Below are positions 52,736-62,452 of a DNA stretch of 64,000 nt, piece after piece; the first letter of the stretch is position 1; the number at the start of each line of letters is the position of its first letter. The position numbers were made by a program, and so were the translations under genes. Origin of the DNA: an uncultured Chloroflexia bacterium (lineage in GTDB: Bacteria; Chloroflexota; Limnocylindria; Limnocylindrales; CSP1-4); assembly GCA_963752475.1 (NCBI GenBank), contig CAVVYR010000006.1, forward strand, positions 640,001-704,000, given 5' to 3'. Below the pieces are notes generated by a model. It saw nothing but the letters and a program-made list of their open reading frames with translations, made no database searches and was not told the origin of the DNA.

Positions 52736-54133
52736 ATGCACCTGAATCGCAAGACGGCCGTCTTGGGCGCCACGTTGGCGACCGCGGCCCTGACACTAAG
52801 TAGCCTCGGCGTAGCCGCCCAGACCCCGGGTGTGCCCGAGGTCCCGACCGGCTACGCAGAGCTGGACCTCTCCCTCGGTGAGGATCAGCCTTACGCCGGC
52901 AACCGGGTCACCATGCAGACCCAGTGGGTCGGCGGCGAGGGCGACAGCTTCCGCGACGCGGTGGCCGCGTACTCCGAGGCGTCCGGCATCCAGATCGACA
53001 TCGCCGAGGTCCCGTCGGGCCAGCACGAGACGCTCGTGAACGTGTCCCTCAACGGCGGCGCCGCTGCTGACATCATCCAGCTGGCGCAGCCGGCTGCGAT
53101 CATCAGCTACGGCGAAGCCGGCCAGATCCTTGAGCTGTCGTCGATCCTCGACGTGGAGAAGCTGAGCTCCGAGCAGCCCGCGCTGTCCGCGTACAGCACC
53201 GCCGACGGCGGGGTCTGGGCCCTCCCGTACCGCGTCGACACCAAGTCGGTCGTGTGGTACCCGATCAAGGCCTTCGAGGATCGCGGCTACGCGGTCCCGC
53301 AGACCTGGGACGAGCTGATCGCACTGTCCGACCAGATCATCGCCGACGGCGAGGGCGCTCCCTGGTGCCTCGGTATCGACGCCGGCCCGGCCACCGGTTG
53401 GATCGCTACCGACTGGCTCGAGGACGTGATGCTTCGCACAGCGGGCGTCGATGCCTACAACGCGTGGGTCACCAACGATCTCAAGTTCAACTCTCCCGAA
53501 GTGATGAACGCCATGGACATCGTGGGCCAGGTCTTCTTCACCGACGGCTACGTGCTCGGTGGATCTACGGCCATCCTGGCCACCTCCCAGGTGGACCCGA
53601 TGGACCCGATGTTCAACGACGACACGATGAACCCCGGCTGCTGGATGCAGCGCCAGGCCACCTGGTACGGCCCCGACTTCTTCCCGGATGCGAAGGCCGG
53701 CGATGGCACCAGCCAGTACGTGATCGGTGAGGACATCGGTCTCTTCTACCTGCCGCCGATCGATCCTGCCCAGGGCGCGCCCCTTCTCGGCGCCGGCGAT
53801 GGCCTCATGGTCACCGCTGATCGCCCCGAGGTTCGTGCCGTGGCGCAGTTCCTGGCTACCCCCGCGGGTGCCGAGAACTGGATCAAGGGTGTGGGCATGA
53901 CCAGCGCGAACTCGACTACCCCGGCCGAGTGGTCCGCTGGCAACTACAAGCTCGAGACCGCGGCCAACATCGTGGCCAACGCGACCTCCCTGAGCTTCGA
54001 CGCCTCCGACCTGATGCCCGCCTCGGTGGGTGCCGGCAGCTTCTGGAACGAGATGGTCAACTGGATCGCCGACGGTGGTGAGAACACCGAGGCGCGCCTG
54101 CAGGCCATCGACGACAGCTGGCCGGCCGAGTAA
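52736..54133 (+). CDS. Oligosaccharide ABC substrate-binding protein
   Basis: AGGAGG RBS, signal peptide, KSVVWY, PQTWDEL, ATGW..TDW.ED, FDASDLMP. Confidence 0.9.
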   Translation: MHLNRKTAVLGATLATAALTLSSLGVAAQTPGVPEVPTGYAELDLSLGEDQPYAGNRVTMQTQWVGGEGDSFRDAVAAYSEASGIQIDIAEVPSGQHETLVNVSLNGGAAADIIQLAQPAAIISYGEAGQILELSSILDVEKLSSEQPALSAYSTADGGVWALPYRVDTKSVVWYPIKAFEDRGYAVPQTWDELIALSDQIIADGEGAPWCLGIDAGPATGWIATDWLEDVMLRTAGVDAYNAWVTNDLKFNSPEVMNAMDIVGQVFFTDGYVLGGSTAILATSQVDPMDPMFNDDTMNPGCWMQRQATWYGPDFFPDAKAGDGTSQYVIGEDIGLFYLPPIDPAQGAPLLGAGDGLMVTADRPEVRAVAQFLATPAGAENWIKGVGMTSANSTTPAEWSAGNYKLETAANIVANATSLSFDASDLMPASVGAGSFWNEMVNWIADGGENTEARLQAIDDSWPAE

Positions 54134-54258
54134 CCCGGCCTTCCCGATCGATTGACTCAGGTCACGCCTGAGTGAAACGCGTGGGGGAGCGGCGAACGCA
54201 TCGTCGCCCCCCATGCAAGCCCTGAACCAGATCACCGGTACACCGCAGGAGGGAGCGA

Positions 54259-55440
54259 GTGACGAACGGGACCAAGCCCCCGGTCGAGTACGAGGACTCT
54301 GCGCTGAGGGCGTTCCTCGTACCGGTCGGCGCCATCCTTGCTGGTGTCGGCCTGGCGATCGGCATCTACTACCTTGTCATCGACAAACAGGCTGCGGCCA
54401 ACACCGCCGCCGTGATCTTCGAGCTGCTCGGCAACCAGACCGAGGCCGACATGCTGCGTGCAGGAAGCGGCAACACGGTCGTGCCCAAGCTCATCCTTGC
54501 TGCCATCGCCCTGGGCGTGGGCCTAGGCGGCACCTGGTTCTTCTTCATCGGCCTCAATTCCGTGGTCATGCGCATGGGCGACCGCTGGCGCAACCGCTTG
54601 CTGCCGTGGGTCTTCGTCGGTCCTGCGCTCCTGCTGCTCACGCTTTGGCTCGTCTGGCCGGTCATCTCGACCATCTTCATGTCGTTCACCGAAGGCGCGG
54701 GCGCGGCGAACTGGGAATGGGCGCTGACGAATCCGTCCAACCACCAGATGTACATCAACAACTTCCTCTGGCTGATCGTGGGCGTCGGTGGTGCCGTCGG
54801 CCTGGGGCTCTTCATCGCCTGGCTGGTAGACCGGCTCCGCGGTGAATCGCTGGCCAAGACGTTCATCTTCCTGCCGCTGGCCATCTCACTCGTCGGCGCG
54901 TCGGTCATCTGGCGCTTCGTCTACGCCTGGCGTCCCCCGGGGCAGCCACAGTACGGCCTGCTCAACGCCATCGTCGAGGGCCTCGGCGGCGACCCGATCG
55001 CCTGGATCCAGACACCCGACTTCCGGCTGAACACGTTTGCGCTCATCGCCATCCTCATCTGGCTCCAGACGGGCTTCGCGATGGTCGTGCTCAGCGCAGC
55101 CATCAAGGGCGTGCCGGATGAGATCCTCGAAGCGGCAGACCTCGACGGCGCCTCAGAACGGCAGAAGTTCACACGCATCATCGTGCCCATGATCCGCGGC
55201 TCGCTGATCATGGTGACCATCACCGTCGCCATCACGGTGCTGAAGGTCTTCGACATCGTCTTCGTCATGACCGGCGGCCGCTTCAATACGGACGTGGTGG
55301 CCAATCAGATGTATGTGCAAGCGTTCCAGTTCTTCGACACCGGACGAGCGTCCGTGCTCGCAGTCGTGCTCTTCCTGGCTGTGCTGCCGCTGGCGCTGCT
55401 CAACGTTCGGAACATCCGTAAGCAGGGGATGGCGGCATGA
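54259..55440 (+). CDS. Carbohydrate ABC permease
   Basis: FLPLAIS, WLQTGFAM, EAA loop EAADLDGA. Confidence 0.92.
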   Translation: MTNGTKPPVEYEDSALRAFLVPVGAILAGVGLAIGIYYLVIDKQAAANTAAVIFELLGNQTEADMLRAGSGNTVVPKLILAAIALGVGLGGTWFFFIGLNSVVMRMGDRWRNRLLPWVFVGPALLLLTLWLVWPVISTIFMSFTEGAGAANWEWALTNPSNHQMYINNFLWLIVGVGGAVGLGLFIAWLVDRLRGESLAKTFIFLPLAISLVGASVIWRFVYAWRPPGQPQYGLLNAIVEGLGGDPIAWIQTPDFRLNTFALIAILIWLQTGFAMVVLSAAIKGVPDEILEAADLDGASERQKFTRIIVPMIRGSLIMVTITVAITVLKVFDIVFVMTGGRFNTDVVANQMYVQAFQFFDTGRASVLAVVLFLAVLPLALLNVRNIRKQGMAA

Positions 55441-56315
55441 CGGCAGCCAACGCAGCGGGCCCGGCCAAGTCCCGATCGCGATTCGGTTCCTGGCCCAAGC
55501 GCATCACGGTCCTGCTCCTGGTCGTGCTCTGGTCACTGCCCACGGTGGGCATCCTCATCAGCTCGTTCCGTGATGCACGTGCCATCACCACCACGGGCTG
55601 GTGGACGGCCTTGTTCAATCCGTTCCAGGAAGACTGGACCCTCATCAACTACGAGCAGGTGTTGGGCAGCGAAAACATGGCCAACGCCTTCATCAACAGC
55701 CTCATCGTGACCATCCCCAGCACGATCATCCCCATCACTGTGGCGGCCTTCGCGGCCTACGCCTTCGCCTGGATGCGGTTCCCGCTCCGGGGCACGCTCT
55801 TCCTGTTGGTGGTGGCGCTGCTGGTCGTGCCGTTGCAGATGGCTCTGATCCCAGTGCAACAGCTGTATTCCGCGCTGGGAATCAACAATACGTTCGTGAG
55901 CGTGTGGCTGGCGCACACCGCCTTCGGTCTGCCGCTCGCGATCTTCCTGCTCTACAACTTCATCAGCCAGTTACCGGGCGATCTCTTCGAGACTGCCAGC
56001 ATCGATGGCGCTACGCACTTCCAGATGTTCACGAAGGTCGTGCTGCCGCTGTCGATCCCGGCCCTGGCGGCCTTTGCGATCTTCCAGTTCCTGTGGGTCT
56101 GGAATGACCTGCTGGTGGCCCTGACGTACCTCGGCGGACTACCGGATCAGTCGGTCATGACCCTCGAGCTGTCTCGGCTCGTGGGCGGTCGTGGGCAGCA
56201 ATGGCATCTGCTCACCGCGGGAGCCTTCATCACGATGCTCCTACCGGTGACCGTGTTCCTGCTGCTTCAGCGGTACTTCGTTCGTGGGATCCTTGCTGGC
56301 TCGGTCAAGGGCTAG
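55437..56315 (+). CDS. Carbohydrate ABC permease
   Basis: AAYAFA, ETASIDGA, WNDLL, QRYFVRG. Confidence 0.92.
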   Translation: MTAANAAGPAKSRSRFGSWPKRITVLLLVVLWSLPTVGILISSFRDARAITTTGWWTALFNPFQEDWTLINYEQVLGSENMANAFINSLIVTIPSTIIPITVAAFAAYAFAWMRFPLRGTLFLLVVALLVVPLQMALIPVQQLYSALGINNTFVSVWLAHTAFGLPLAIFLLYNFISQLPGDLFETASIDGATHFQMFTKVVLPLSIPALAAFAIFQFLWVWNDLLVALTYLGGLPDQSVMTLELSRLVGGRGQQWHLLTAGAFITMLLPVTVFLLLQRYFVRGILAGSVKG

Positions 56316-56345
56316 CGATGCATTCATCGGGGAGGTGTCCGGCCG

Positions 56346-58016
56346 GTGAGCTGGCCTTCCGCTCCTGATGGCACGCCGGCGCTGCGCCGGCGTGCACCCC
56401 GTCCAGCGCCGTTACTCCCCGAGGAGGCGGTGCTGGGCCAGTTATTGCCGTCCTTCGGTGGCACCGAGCCACCGGGATGGCTCCTTCGCCGCGTGGCAGC
56501 AGGTCACGCCCACGGTGTGACGGTCTTCCTGCGCGCGAACGCCGCCAGCGCCGACGGTCTCGCGTCACTCACGGAGGAACTGCACTCCGCAGCCCCGGGA
56601 CACCTGCCGCTGCTCATCGGCGCGGATCAGGAAGGCGGGCAACTGGTGGGGTTGGGTCACGACACGACCCGTTTCCCGGGTGCCATGGCGCTCGGGGCGG
56701 CCGATGATGCGACGCTGACCGAGGCCACCGGTCGGGCCATGGGCCGCGAGCTCCGAGCCCTCGGCATCACCGTCGACTACGCTCCTGTTTGCGACGTCGC
56801 GGTGGAGCCGGAGAACGTGTCGCTGGGCACCCGCGCTTTCGGCTCTCACCCGGCCATGATCGGGCGGCATGCGGCGGCCCTGACGCGAGGCCTGCAGGAA
56901 GGCGGCGTCGTCGCGACGCCCAAGCACTTCCCGGGTTTCGGCGCCGTCGATGCCGATCCGCATTTCGAGCTGGCCTCGATCGACCTCGACCTCGAGGGGC
57001 TCGAGAGTCGCGAGCTGGTGCCCTTCCGGGCCGCCATCGGCGCGGGTGCAGGCATGGTCATGTCCGGACACGTGGCGCTGCCGGCAGTGACCGGCGATCG
57101 TGCCCTGCCAGCCACCGTCTCGCGCCTCGTGATGCACGAACTACTACGCAACCAGCTCGGCTTCAACGGCGTCTCGATCACCGACGCCATGGACATGAAG
57201 GCCGTGGCTCAGGGGGTCGGCGGCGTGGTCGACAGCATCGTGGCGATTCGTGCGGGCGTCGACCTGCTCCTGATGACGCCCGAGCGCACGGCCCAGAAGC
57301 GGCTCGAGGACGGGCTGCGACAGGCTGCCGTTCGCGGTCTGATACCGGCCAGCCGCGTGCGTGCCTCCCAGCGGCGTCTCCTGCGGCTGCGGCGTTGGTT
57401 GAAGCACTTCACCTGGCCCGAGCGCGCCTACGTGCGGAGCCAGGGTCATCGCGATCTGGCGCGGCGATCGGCGATTGCGGCTCTGACCCTCGTCCGCGAC
57501 GAGGCCGGCCTGTTGCCATTGCGCCCCGAGGCCGGAGCGACCGTCCTGGTCATCACCCCGCAGCCGCGAGAGCTGACCCCGGCCGACTCGTCCGCGGACG
57601 AGCCCCTGGCCCTGGCCGACGCGGTCAGCCGGTATCACGCTGAGGTGATGGATCTGCGGGTCCCGTCCGAGCCGACCGAAGACGACATCCGGGCCGCCCG
57701 CGAGGCGGCTTCCGGCGCCGACGCCGTCATCGTGGCCACGCTGGCAACCAACGTGCAGCCCAGTCAGGCGCGGCTCGTCGAAGCGATCCTGGAGACCGGC
57801 ACGCCGACCGTGACCATAGCCATGCGAACGCCCTACGACCTTGCCGACTACCCGCGGTCGGCGACCCACCTGTGCTCCTACTCGATCGTGCCGGCAAGCG
57901 TCGGCGCGGTCGCGGACGCGCTCTTCGGCCAGACGCCCATCGGCGGCCGGCTACCGGTGGACATCCCGGGTCTCTACCCACGCGGGCATGGTATGGAGGT
58001 ATCCCAGTGGCCCTGA
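56346..58016 (+). CDS. GH3 beta-N-acetylhexosaminidase (NagZ-like, two-domain)
   Basis: DQEGG, KHFPGFG...ADPH, VMSGH, ITDAMDM; C-terminal TLVRD, RTPYD. Confidence 0.88.
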   Translation: MSWPSAPDGTPALRRRAPRPAPLLPEEAVLGQLLPSFGGTEPPGWLLRRVAAGHAHGVTVFLRANAASADGLASLTEELHSAAPGHLPLLIGADQEGGQLVGLGHDTTRFPGAMALGAADDATLTEATGRAMGRELRALGITVDYAPVCDVAVEPENVSLGTRAFGSHPAMIGRHAAALTRGLQEGGVVATPKHFPGFGAVDADPHFELASIDLDLEGLESRELVPFRAAIGAGAGMVMSGHVALPAVTGDRALPATVSRLVMHELLRNQLGFNGVSITDAMDMKAVAQGVGGVVDSIVAIRAGVDLLLMTPERTAQKRLEDGLRQAAVRGLIPASRVRASQRRLLRLRRWLKHFTWPERAYVRSQGHRDLARRSAIAALTLVRDEAGLLPLRPEAGATVLVITPQPRELTPADSSADEPLALADAVSRYHAEVMDLRVPSEPTEDDIRAAREAASGADAVIVATLATNVQPSQARLVEAILETGTPTVTIAMRTPYDLADYPRSATHLCSYSIVPASVGAVADALFGQTPIGGRLPVDIPGLYPRGHGMEVSQWP

Positions 58017-59038
58017 TCGACGAGATCCGCGAACAGCCCGAGGTCGCCGCTCGGCTGTTGAGCGAAGCCGGCCCGGAGGTGGCGGCCATCTGCGAGGCCA
58101 TCCGAGCGGCCGACCCGGCACACGTCGTCATCGCGGCTCGCGGCACGTCGGATCATGCCGCCATCTACGCCCAGTACGCCTTCGGTGTGATGGCCGGCAT
58201 CAGCGTCGGCCTGGCCACGCCCAGCGTGCACTCGCTGTACGGCGCCTCGCCGGACTACAGCCGGGCGCTCGTCATCGGCATCAGCCAGTCGGGCGCTTCA
58301 CCGGATGTCGTCGGCGTCATCCGTGCGGCCCGGGACCAGGGTGCCATCACGCTGGCCATCACCAACACGCCCGGCTCCGACATGGCCGAAGCCGCGAAGC
58401 ACCACATCGCGTTGCGTGCCGGACCCGAGCGAGCGATCGCGGCGACCAAGACCTACACCGCGACGCTGCTCGTGTTGGCCATGCTCACCGCCGGTCTGTC
58501 CAAGGTCGATGCCGAGTCCGACCTGGCGCTGGTGCCCGAGGCCCTCGCCGCCACGCTCGACCAGGACGACGAGGCTGCTCGCATCGCGGCCGACATGAGC
58601 TCGCTGGATCGTTGCGTCATCCTCGGGCGCGGCTACCACTACGCCACCGCGCGCGAGTGGTCCCTGAAGCTCAAGGAGCTGAGCTACACGCTCGCGGACC
58701 CGTACTCCTCGGCTGACTTCATCCATGGTCCGTTGGCGCTCATCGAAGCCGGCTTCCCGACCTTCTGCGTGGCTCCGCGCGGCGCCACCGAGGGTGACAC
58801 GGCGGAGGTCATCGAGCGGCTCAGCAAGCTCGAGGCTCACTTGCTTATCGCCTCGGATGACGCCGCGGTACGGGCCAAGGGCACGTGGTCGCTGGCACTC
58901 CCGGAGACGCTGCCCGAGTGGCTCATGCCCATCGTCTCGATCGTGCCTGGCCAGCTGCATGCGAGGCACGTGACCATGGCCAAGGGCGGCGACCCCGAGC
59001 AACCTCGCTCTATCAGCAAGGTCACCCTCACCAACTAG
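58007..59038 (+). CDS. SIS-domain protein (NagB-II glucosamine-6-phosphate deaminase-like)
   Basis: EIREQP, ARGTSDHA, ISQSGASPD, AATKT, LKLKE, HGP, PRSISKVT; no glutaminase domain; GGAGG RBS. Confidence 0.88.
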   Translation: MALIDEIREQPEVAARLLSEAGPEVAAICEAIRAADPAHVVIAARGTSDHAAIYAQYAFGVMAGISVGLATPSVHSLYGASPDYSRALVIGISQSGASPDVVGVIRAARDQGAITLAITNTPGSDMAEAAKHHIALRAGPERAIAATKTYTATLLVLAMLTAGLSKVDAESDLALVPEALAATLDQDDEAARIAADMSSLDRCVILGRGYHYATAREWSLKLKELSYTLADPYSSADFIHGPLALIEAGFPTFCVAPRGATEGDTAEVIERLSKLEAHLLIASDDAAVRAKGTWSLALPETLPEWLMPIVSIVPGQLHARHVTMAKGGDPEQPRSISKVTLTN

Positions 59039-59151
59039 GATGCCGTTTGGACGCCGCCGCCAGTCATTCTTGGCGGACATCCACCCGGCGACTTCCTTCA
59101 GCCATCCCGGCGCCCGGCTTCATCCTCCCGAGACTGGGCTGACGCTCGAGG

Positions 59152-59184
59152 CGCTTCGATCCGCTTCGATCCGCTTCGATCCGC
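59152..59184. repeat. 10-bp tandem repeat x3
   Basis: (CGCTTCGATC)3. Confidence 0.85.
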
Positions 59185-59335
59185 CGCTGCCGGGCGCCGA
59201 TCCATCCGCTGGACATTCGATGACGCTCTGCGGCACCGTCTGAGTGCCCCACGGTTGGCCTGACGCTCAAGATGCTGGTTAGGCCCGGCTCGAGCGTCCA
59301 GCTGGTCTCCCCGGGATGAGAGGCCATCCGGGCAT

Positions 59336-59394
59336 GGTGAGCCGACCCTTTGAGGGTGAGCCAACCCTTAGAGGGTGAGCCAACCCCTGGAGGG
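59336..59394. repeat. 19-bp tandem repeat x3 with internal dyad
   Basis: GGTGAGCCGACCCTTTGAG / GGTGAGCCAACCCTTAGAG / GGTGAGCCAACCCCTGGAG. Confidence 0.9.
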
Positions 59395-59440
59395 CACGTG
59401 CGCGGACCCACGACGTCTCGCCAGCGGCTACGCTGCGCGG

Positions 59441-60268
59441 ATGGGGGATGACCGTGCCGACCGTGGCGCTCTGACCGGTGGCCTGCCGTACAACCGTGTC
59501 GGCTCCGGACTGCCGGTCGTGGTACTGCAGGGGCTGACGTTCGAGAACCGCGCACAGAAGAGACTCGAATCACGCTTCACGCTGGGGCCCTATCGCCGCC
59601 TCGCCGAGCATCGAACGGTGTGGGTCGTCAATCGCCGCCCGGGGCTCGCTCGAGGCACGACGCTGAGCGACATGGCGGCCGACTACGCGCGCATGATCCG
59701 TGCCGAGTTCGAGCCACCGGTCGATGTCATCGGGCTTTCGAGTGGAGGGTCGATCGCGTTCTACCTCGCAGCAGAGCACCCTGACCTCGTACGCCGGCTC
59801 GTCATCCAGGACTGTGGCTGCCGCGCGACCGACTGGTCAAGGGACTGGGGCCGCGAGGTGGCGCGCGATGCCGAGGCACATGACTGGCGCGCGGTGTCGC
59901 GCCGGTTCATGCGGACTGTCCAGCCCGACAACGCCCTTGGCCGGACCGTGGCCTGGCTCTTCTCGCCACTCATGGCCATGAACGCCCCCGACGATCCCAC
60001 CGACATGGTCACGCTCCTCGAGGCCGAGGCGGACTTCGACTTCACCGACCGCCTGGCTGAGATCGAGGTACCGACGCTCGTGGCCTGCGGCGAGCTCGAT
60101 CCGTTCTCGGGCGCCGAGCTCGCACACGAGACCGCATCAGGGCTCCCGAATGGGGGCGCGGTGGTCTACGAGAGCCGGCGACATGGCGTCCGAGGCAAGG
60201 CCTTTGAGCGTGACTTGGTGGCATTCCTCGATCCCGCCGCACCCTTCCAACAGTCGACAAACCATTGA
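59441..60268 (+). CDS. Alpha/beta hydrolase
   Basis: GLSSGG nucleophile motif, GELD, His near C-terminus. Confidence 0.88.
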   Translation: MGDDRADRGALTGGLPYNRVGSGLPVVVLQGLTFENRAQKRLESRFTLGPYRRLAEHRTVWVVNRRPGLARGTTLSDMAADYARMIRAEFEPPVDVIGLSSGGSIAFYLAAEHPDLVRRLVIQDCGCRATDWSRDWGREVARDAEAHDWRAVSRRFMRTVQPDNALGRTVAWLFSPLMAMNAPDDPTDMVTLLEAEADFDFTDRLAEIEVPTLVACGELDPFSGAELAHETASGLPNGGAVVYESRRHGVRGKAFERDLVAFLDPAAPFQQSTNH

Positions 60269-60293
60269 CAGACTTTAGACGTACTGATACCTT
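60250..60293 (+). promoter_or_regulatory. Heliorhodopsin promoter with 11-bp direct repeats
   Basis: TTGACA(60265)-N17-TACCTT; TCGACA, TTGACA, TAGACG start at 60254, 60265, 60276. Confidence 0.65.
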
Positions 60294-60340
60294 TCCCCAA
60301 ATCGTAGGATGAGCCAAAGCACCAAGGGGGAAATCTCCAC

Positions 60341-61162
60341 ATGACCGCCGCAGTCCCGACCGCCGAGCAGGTGGCCACCTCGATCCCGGACGATCGGGCG
60401 CACAGCCTCTTCCGCTGGAATGCGGTGCTGGCCGCGCTTCACGGGATCCAGGGCCTGATCATCCTGGCCCTAAGCTTCGCGCGCGACCCGATCGTCACAT
60501 CGCCGGTGGTCACGAGCTACCTGACGTTCGACACCGCGGCGGATACTCTCGTGCCGGCGCAGCGACTGCTGTTCGACCTGCCTATCGGTCCGGCCGTAGC
60601 TACGTTCTTCTTCCTCAGCGCCATCGCCCACGCTCTGCTGGCGTGGCCGCTACGTGCCTGGTACGAGAGGCGACTGGCTCGCGGCATCCAGCCCATGCGC
60701 TGGCTCGAATACGCGCTCAGCTCGAGCGTGATGATCGTGATCATCGCCGCTCTCGCGGGCATCCAGGAAGTGGGCACGCTGGTGGCCATCTTCGGCATCA
60801 ACGCGGCCATGAACCTCTTCGGCTGGTCCATGGAGCTGGCCAACGAAGGGCGCTCCAAGACGCAGTGGAGCCACTACATCTTCGGCTGCATCGCCGGTAT
60901 CGTGCCCTGGCTCGTCATCGGCATCTCGCTCTGGTCGGCTGCGACCGAGGCCAACGCCGAGCCCATCCCCGGCTTCGTCATCGGCATCTTCGTCTCGCTC
61001 TTCATCGCCTTCAACGTCTTCGCCATCACCATGATCCTGCAGTACGGCAAGGTCGGACGCTGGCGCGACTACCTCGTGGGCGAGAAGACCTACATGTTCC
61101 TGAGCCTCTTCGCCAAGACCATCCTGGCCTGGCAGGTGTTTGCGGGCACGCTCGCTCCGTAG
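60341..61162 (+). CDS. Heliorhodopsin
   Basis: LH..QG (TM1), SAIAH (TM2), RWLEYALSSSVM (counterion Glu), GEKTY..LSLFAK..LAWQ (retinal Lys); 7 TMs. Confidence 0.95.
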   Translation: MTAAVPTAEQVATSIPDDRAHSLFRWNAVLAALHGIQGLIILALSFARDPIVTSPVVTSYLTFDTAADTLVPAQRLLFDLPIGPAVATFFFLSAIAHALLAWPLRAWYERRLARGIQPMRWLEYALSSSVMIVIIAALAGIQEVGTLVAIFGINAAMNLFGWSMELANEGRSKTQWSHYIFGCIAGIVPWLVIGISLWSAATEANAEPIPGFVIGIFVSLFIAFNVFAITMILQYGKVGRWRDYLVGEKTYMFLSLFAKTILAWQVFAGTLAP

Positions 61163-61190
61163 CGCACCCGCCCGATGGCCGGTCTCGGGA

Positions 61191-62297
61191 TCAGAGGCCG
61201 GCCGACACGTTCCATAGATCGACGCCGGAGCCAGGAGTGGCGTAGCGGTCGATCTCGGCCAGCTCCTCGTCGCTGAAGGGCGCCCCGTCCAGCGCTCCGA
61301 CGCTGTCTTCGAGCTGCGCGGGTGAGCTGGCGCCGATGAGCGCGGAGCTCACGCGTGGGTCACGCAGGACCCACAGGATGGCCATCTGTGCGAGCGACTG
61401 GCCGCGTCTCTGGGCGATCTCGTTGAGCGCCCGGACGCGGGTGAGGTTCTCCTCGCTGAGCTGCTCGCCGAAGAGCGTCTTGTCCTGCGTCGCGCGCGAG
61501 CCTTCGGGCACGCCATCGAGGTACTTGTTCGTGAGCAGGCCCTGGGCCAGGGGCGAGAACGGGATGCAGCCGGCGCCAGCGGCCTCGAGCACGTCGAGAA
61601 GTTCGGCTTCGATCCAGCGGTTGAACATCGAGTAGTTCGGCTGGTGGATCAGCAGCGGCGTGCCCAGCTCGCGCAGGAGACGAGCGGCCTCGGCGGTCCG
61701 GGCCGGGGAGTAGGAGCTGATGCCGACGTACCGGGCCTTGCCCTGGTGGACGGCGGTGGCCAGCGCGCCCATCGTCTCCTCGAGCGGCGTGTCGAGGTCG
61801 ATGCGGTGGGAGTAGAAGATGTCGACGTGGTCGAGGCCCATGCGCTCGAGGCTCCGGTCGAGCGAGTCGAGGACGTGCTTGCGGTCGCCGCCCCAGCCCG
61901 ACGGGCCGGGCCACATGTGCCAGCCGGCCTTGGTGGTGATGATGAGCTCGTCGCGATAGGGCGCGAGGTCCTTGGCGAAGATGCGCCCGAAGTTCTCCTC
62001 CGAGGAGCCGAAGGGCGGGCCGTAGTTGTTGGCCAGGTCGAACTGGGTGATGCCCAGATCGAAGGCCGTACGGATGATCGCGCGCTGGCGGGCGAAGGGC
62101 GTGTCGTCGCCGAAGTTGTGCCACAGGCCCAGCGAGATGGCCGGCAGCTGCAGGCCACTGTTGCCGACGTAGCGGAACTGCGCGGCAGCGTAGCGGTCCT
62201 CGGCCGCCCAGTAGTGCGGCTGCAGGTCCTCGGCTGGGACCTCCGGCTTCTCTCGCGCGTCGCGCTCGGCGTCGGAATGGGCTGTGCGGTCGATCAT
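61191..62297 (-). CDS. Aldo/keto reductase (L-glyceraldehyde-3-phosphate reductase-like)
   Basis: SLGLWHNFG, FDLANNYGPP, VDIFYSHR, IHQP.YSM, FSPLAQG. Confidence 0.92.
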   Translation of the reverse strand: MIDRTAHSDAERDAREKPEVPAEDLQPHYWAAEDRYAAAQFRYVGNSGLQLPAISLGLWHNFGDDTPFARQRAIIRTAFDLGITQFDLANNYGPPFGSSEENFGRIFAKDLAPYRDELIITTKAGWHMWPGPSGWGGDRKHVLDSLDRSLERMGLDHVDIFYSHRIDLDTPLEETMGALATAVHQGKARYVGISSYSPARTAEAARLLRELGTPLLIHQPNYSMFNRWIEAELLDVLEAAGAGCIPFSPLAQGLLTNKYLDGVPEGSRATQDKTLFGEQLSEENLTRVRALNEIAQRRGQSLAQMAILWVLRDPRVSSALIGASSPAQLEDSVGALDGAPFSDEELAEIDRYATPGSGVDLWNVSAGL

Positions 62298-62452
62298 CGG
62301 TTCCTCCCCAGGCCCGTGGTCGGGCGTCGTCTTCGTCCTTCGATAGTAGGGGAGTGGAGCGCACGGTTTCACTTCGGTGACGATCGCATCGATCGGCCTG
62401 CGGGCCCCACGGGAGTCTCCGAGGCCGCCGCCGGCTCGGCTATCATCCGCCC

